Of a DNA stretch of 64,000 nt, positions 63,311-64,000 are shown one piece after another. The translations under genes and the position numbers were made by a program. The stretch is from the NCBI GenBank assembly GCA_000091205.1, contig AP006491.2; one strand, given 5' to 3'. Under the pieces are notes generated by a model that was not told the DNA's origin, did no database searches, and saw only the letters and a program-made list of their open reading frames with translations. The stretch comes from Cyanidioschyzon merolae (taxonomy: Eukaryota). The number at the start of each line of letters is the position of its first letter. Within the stretch, counting starts at the first letter, position 1.

Positions 63311-64000
63311 CGTGTGACTTTCAGTGGAGAGTGATATGAGACACTTGGGCAACTCATCCAAAACGCAATTAATTTCGGGACTAGGAGCAGGCATGCTGCG
63401 TCTGAGCACTAACACCGTCGCGGTGAACAGATAGTACGCCGTTTTACGCTACCGCATGCAAATCGTCTGCAAGATCCGCTTGGAGGCTCCAAAGAAAATA
63501 AATCTCCCTGATACCATGTAGCATGAACCAAGCCCCTTCCAACGCGCCCAGTGGTATGTCTGAGCTGCCCTGCTTCCGGAGTGCACCCACAGCGGCGATA
63601 GAGAGGCTACAACGGGTGCTCAAGGTAGGTAAACGGCGCACGATAGAAAGTCAGATACAATCAGTACAGCCGAGATCAGGTAAATGCGACGAAAAGTACC
63701 GAAACTGTTCAGCGTGACGAAATATTTTCCGAAACAAATATCGATCCGGCAATCTCGGCGTCTGGTCAGTAAAAAAGGTTCTGCCGAAACAAACAAAAGC
63801 AAAGCGCTGGAAGGAGATCCATAAGGGCACTGGTGTGCTGGATGTAGATAAGACAGATGCGTATTTGCTCAGATCGTACCGCCGGAAAAAAACCCAAACA
63901 AACCTGGAATCGTAGACATCGCTCTGACAGATGCTTTTGCTCTGAGAACACTGCAGTAATGGGGCATTGCGTCGAATGGGGGAGTGGGGGAAATGGGGGG

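Overview
This is a GC-rich (~58-60%), intron-poor stretch of eukaryotic nuclear DNA carrying housekeeping genes on both strands. I identified RACK1, a DnaJ-type zinc-finger protein, an N-acetylglucosamine-kinase-like ATPase, MCM-binding protein, nuclear-encoded PsbO with a transit peptide, RPA2, an SF1/BBP-like KH protein, a CBM20-TPS/TPP fusion, isoamylase, PheRS alpha, thioredoxin reductase, serine acetyltransferase, uracil-DNA glycosylase, ALG11, Got1, an S1-domain protein and L-lactate dehydrogenase. The set points to a photosynthetic, starch-making protist or alga. The standout feature is a multi-copy mobile element family whose main ORF is a TnpB-like, Fanzor-type RuvC nuclease. It has a RuvC-I 'GADPG' motif, a Cys/His zinc-finger region, a RuvC-III 'RDFHAVINV' motif and a K/R-rich NLS-like N-terminus. 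Four loci are present: a 3' part cut by the window edge at 1-752 (+), a near-complete copy at ~54.6-57.5 kb (-), a degenerate copy at ~60.6-63.3 kb (-), and a short remnant at ~11.6-12.0 kb (+). The two best copies share a phase-consistent 58-nt GTAAGA...TTGAG intron, a non-canonical RuvC-II segment, and a conserved ~100-nt 3' terminal non-coding region that fits an omega-RNA scaffold. A second, unrelated interspersed repeat (R1, ~0.3-0.55 kb, five copies in both orientations) occupies intergenic regions. Structured tandem arrays sit upstream of the isoamylase and PheRS genes.
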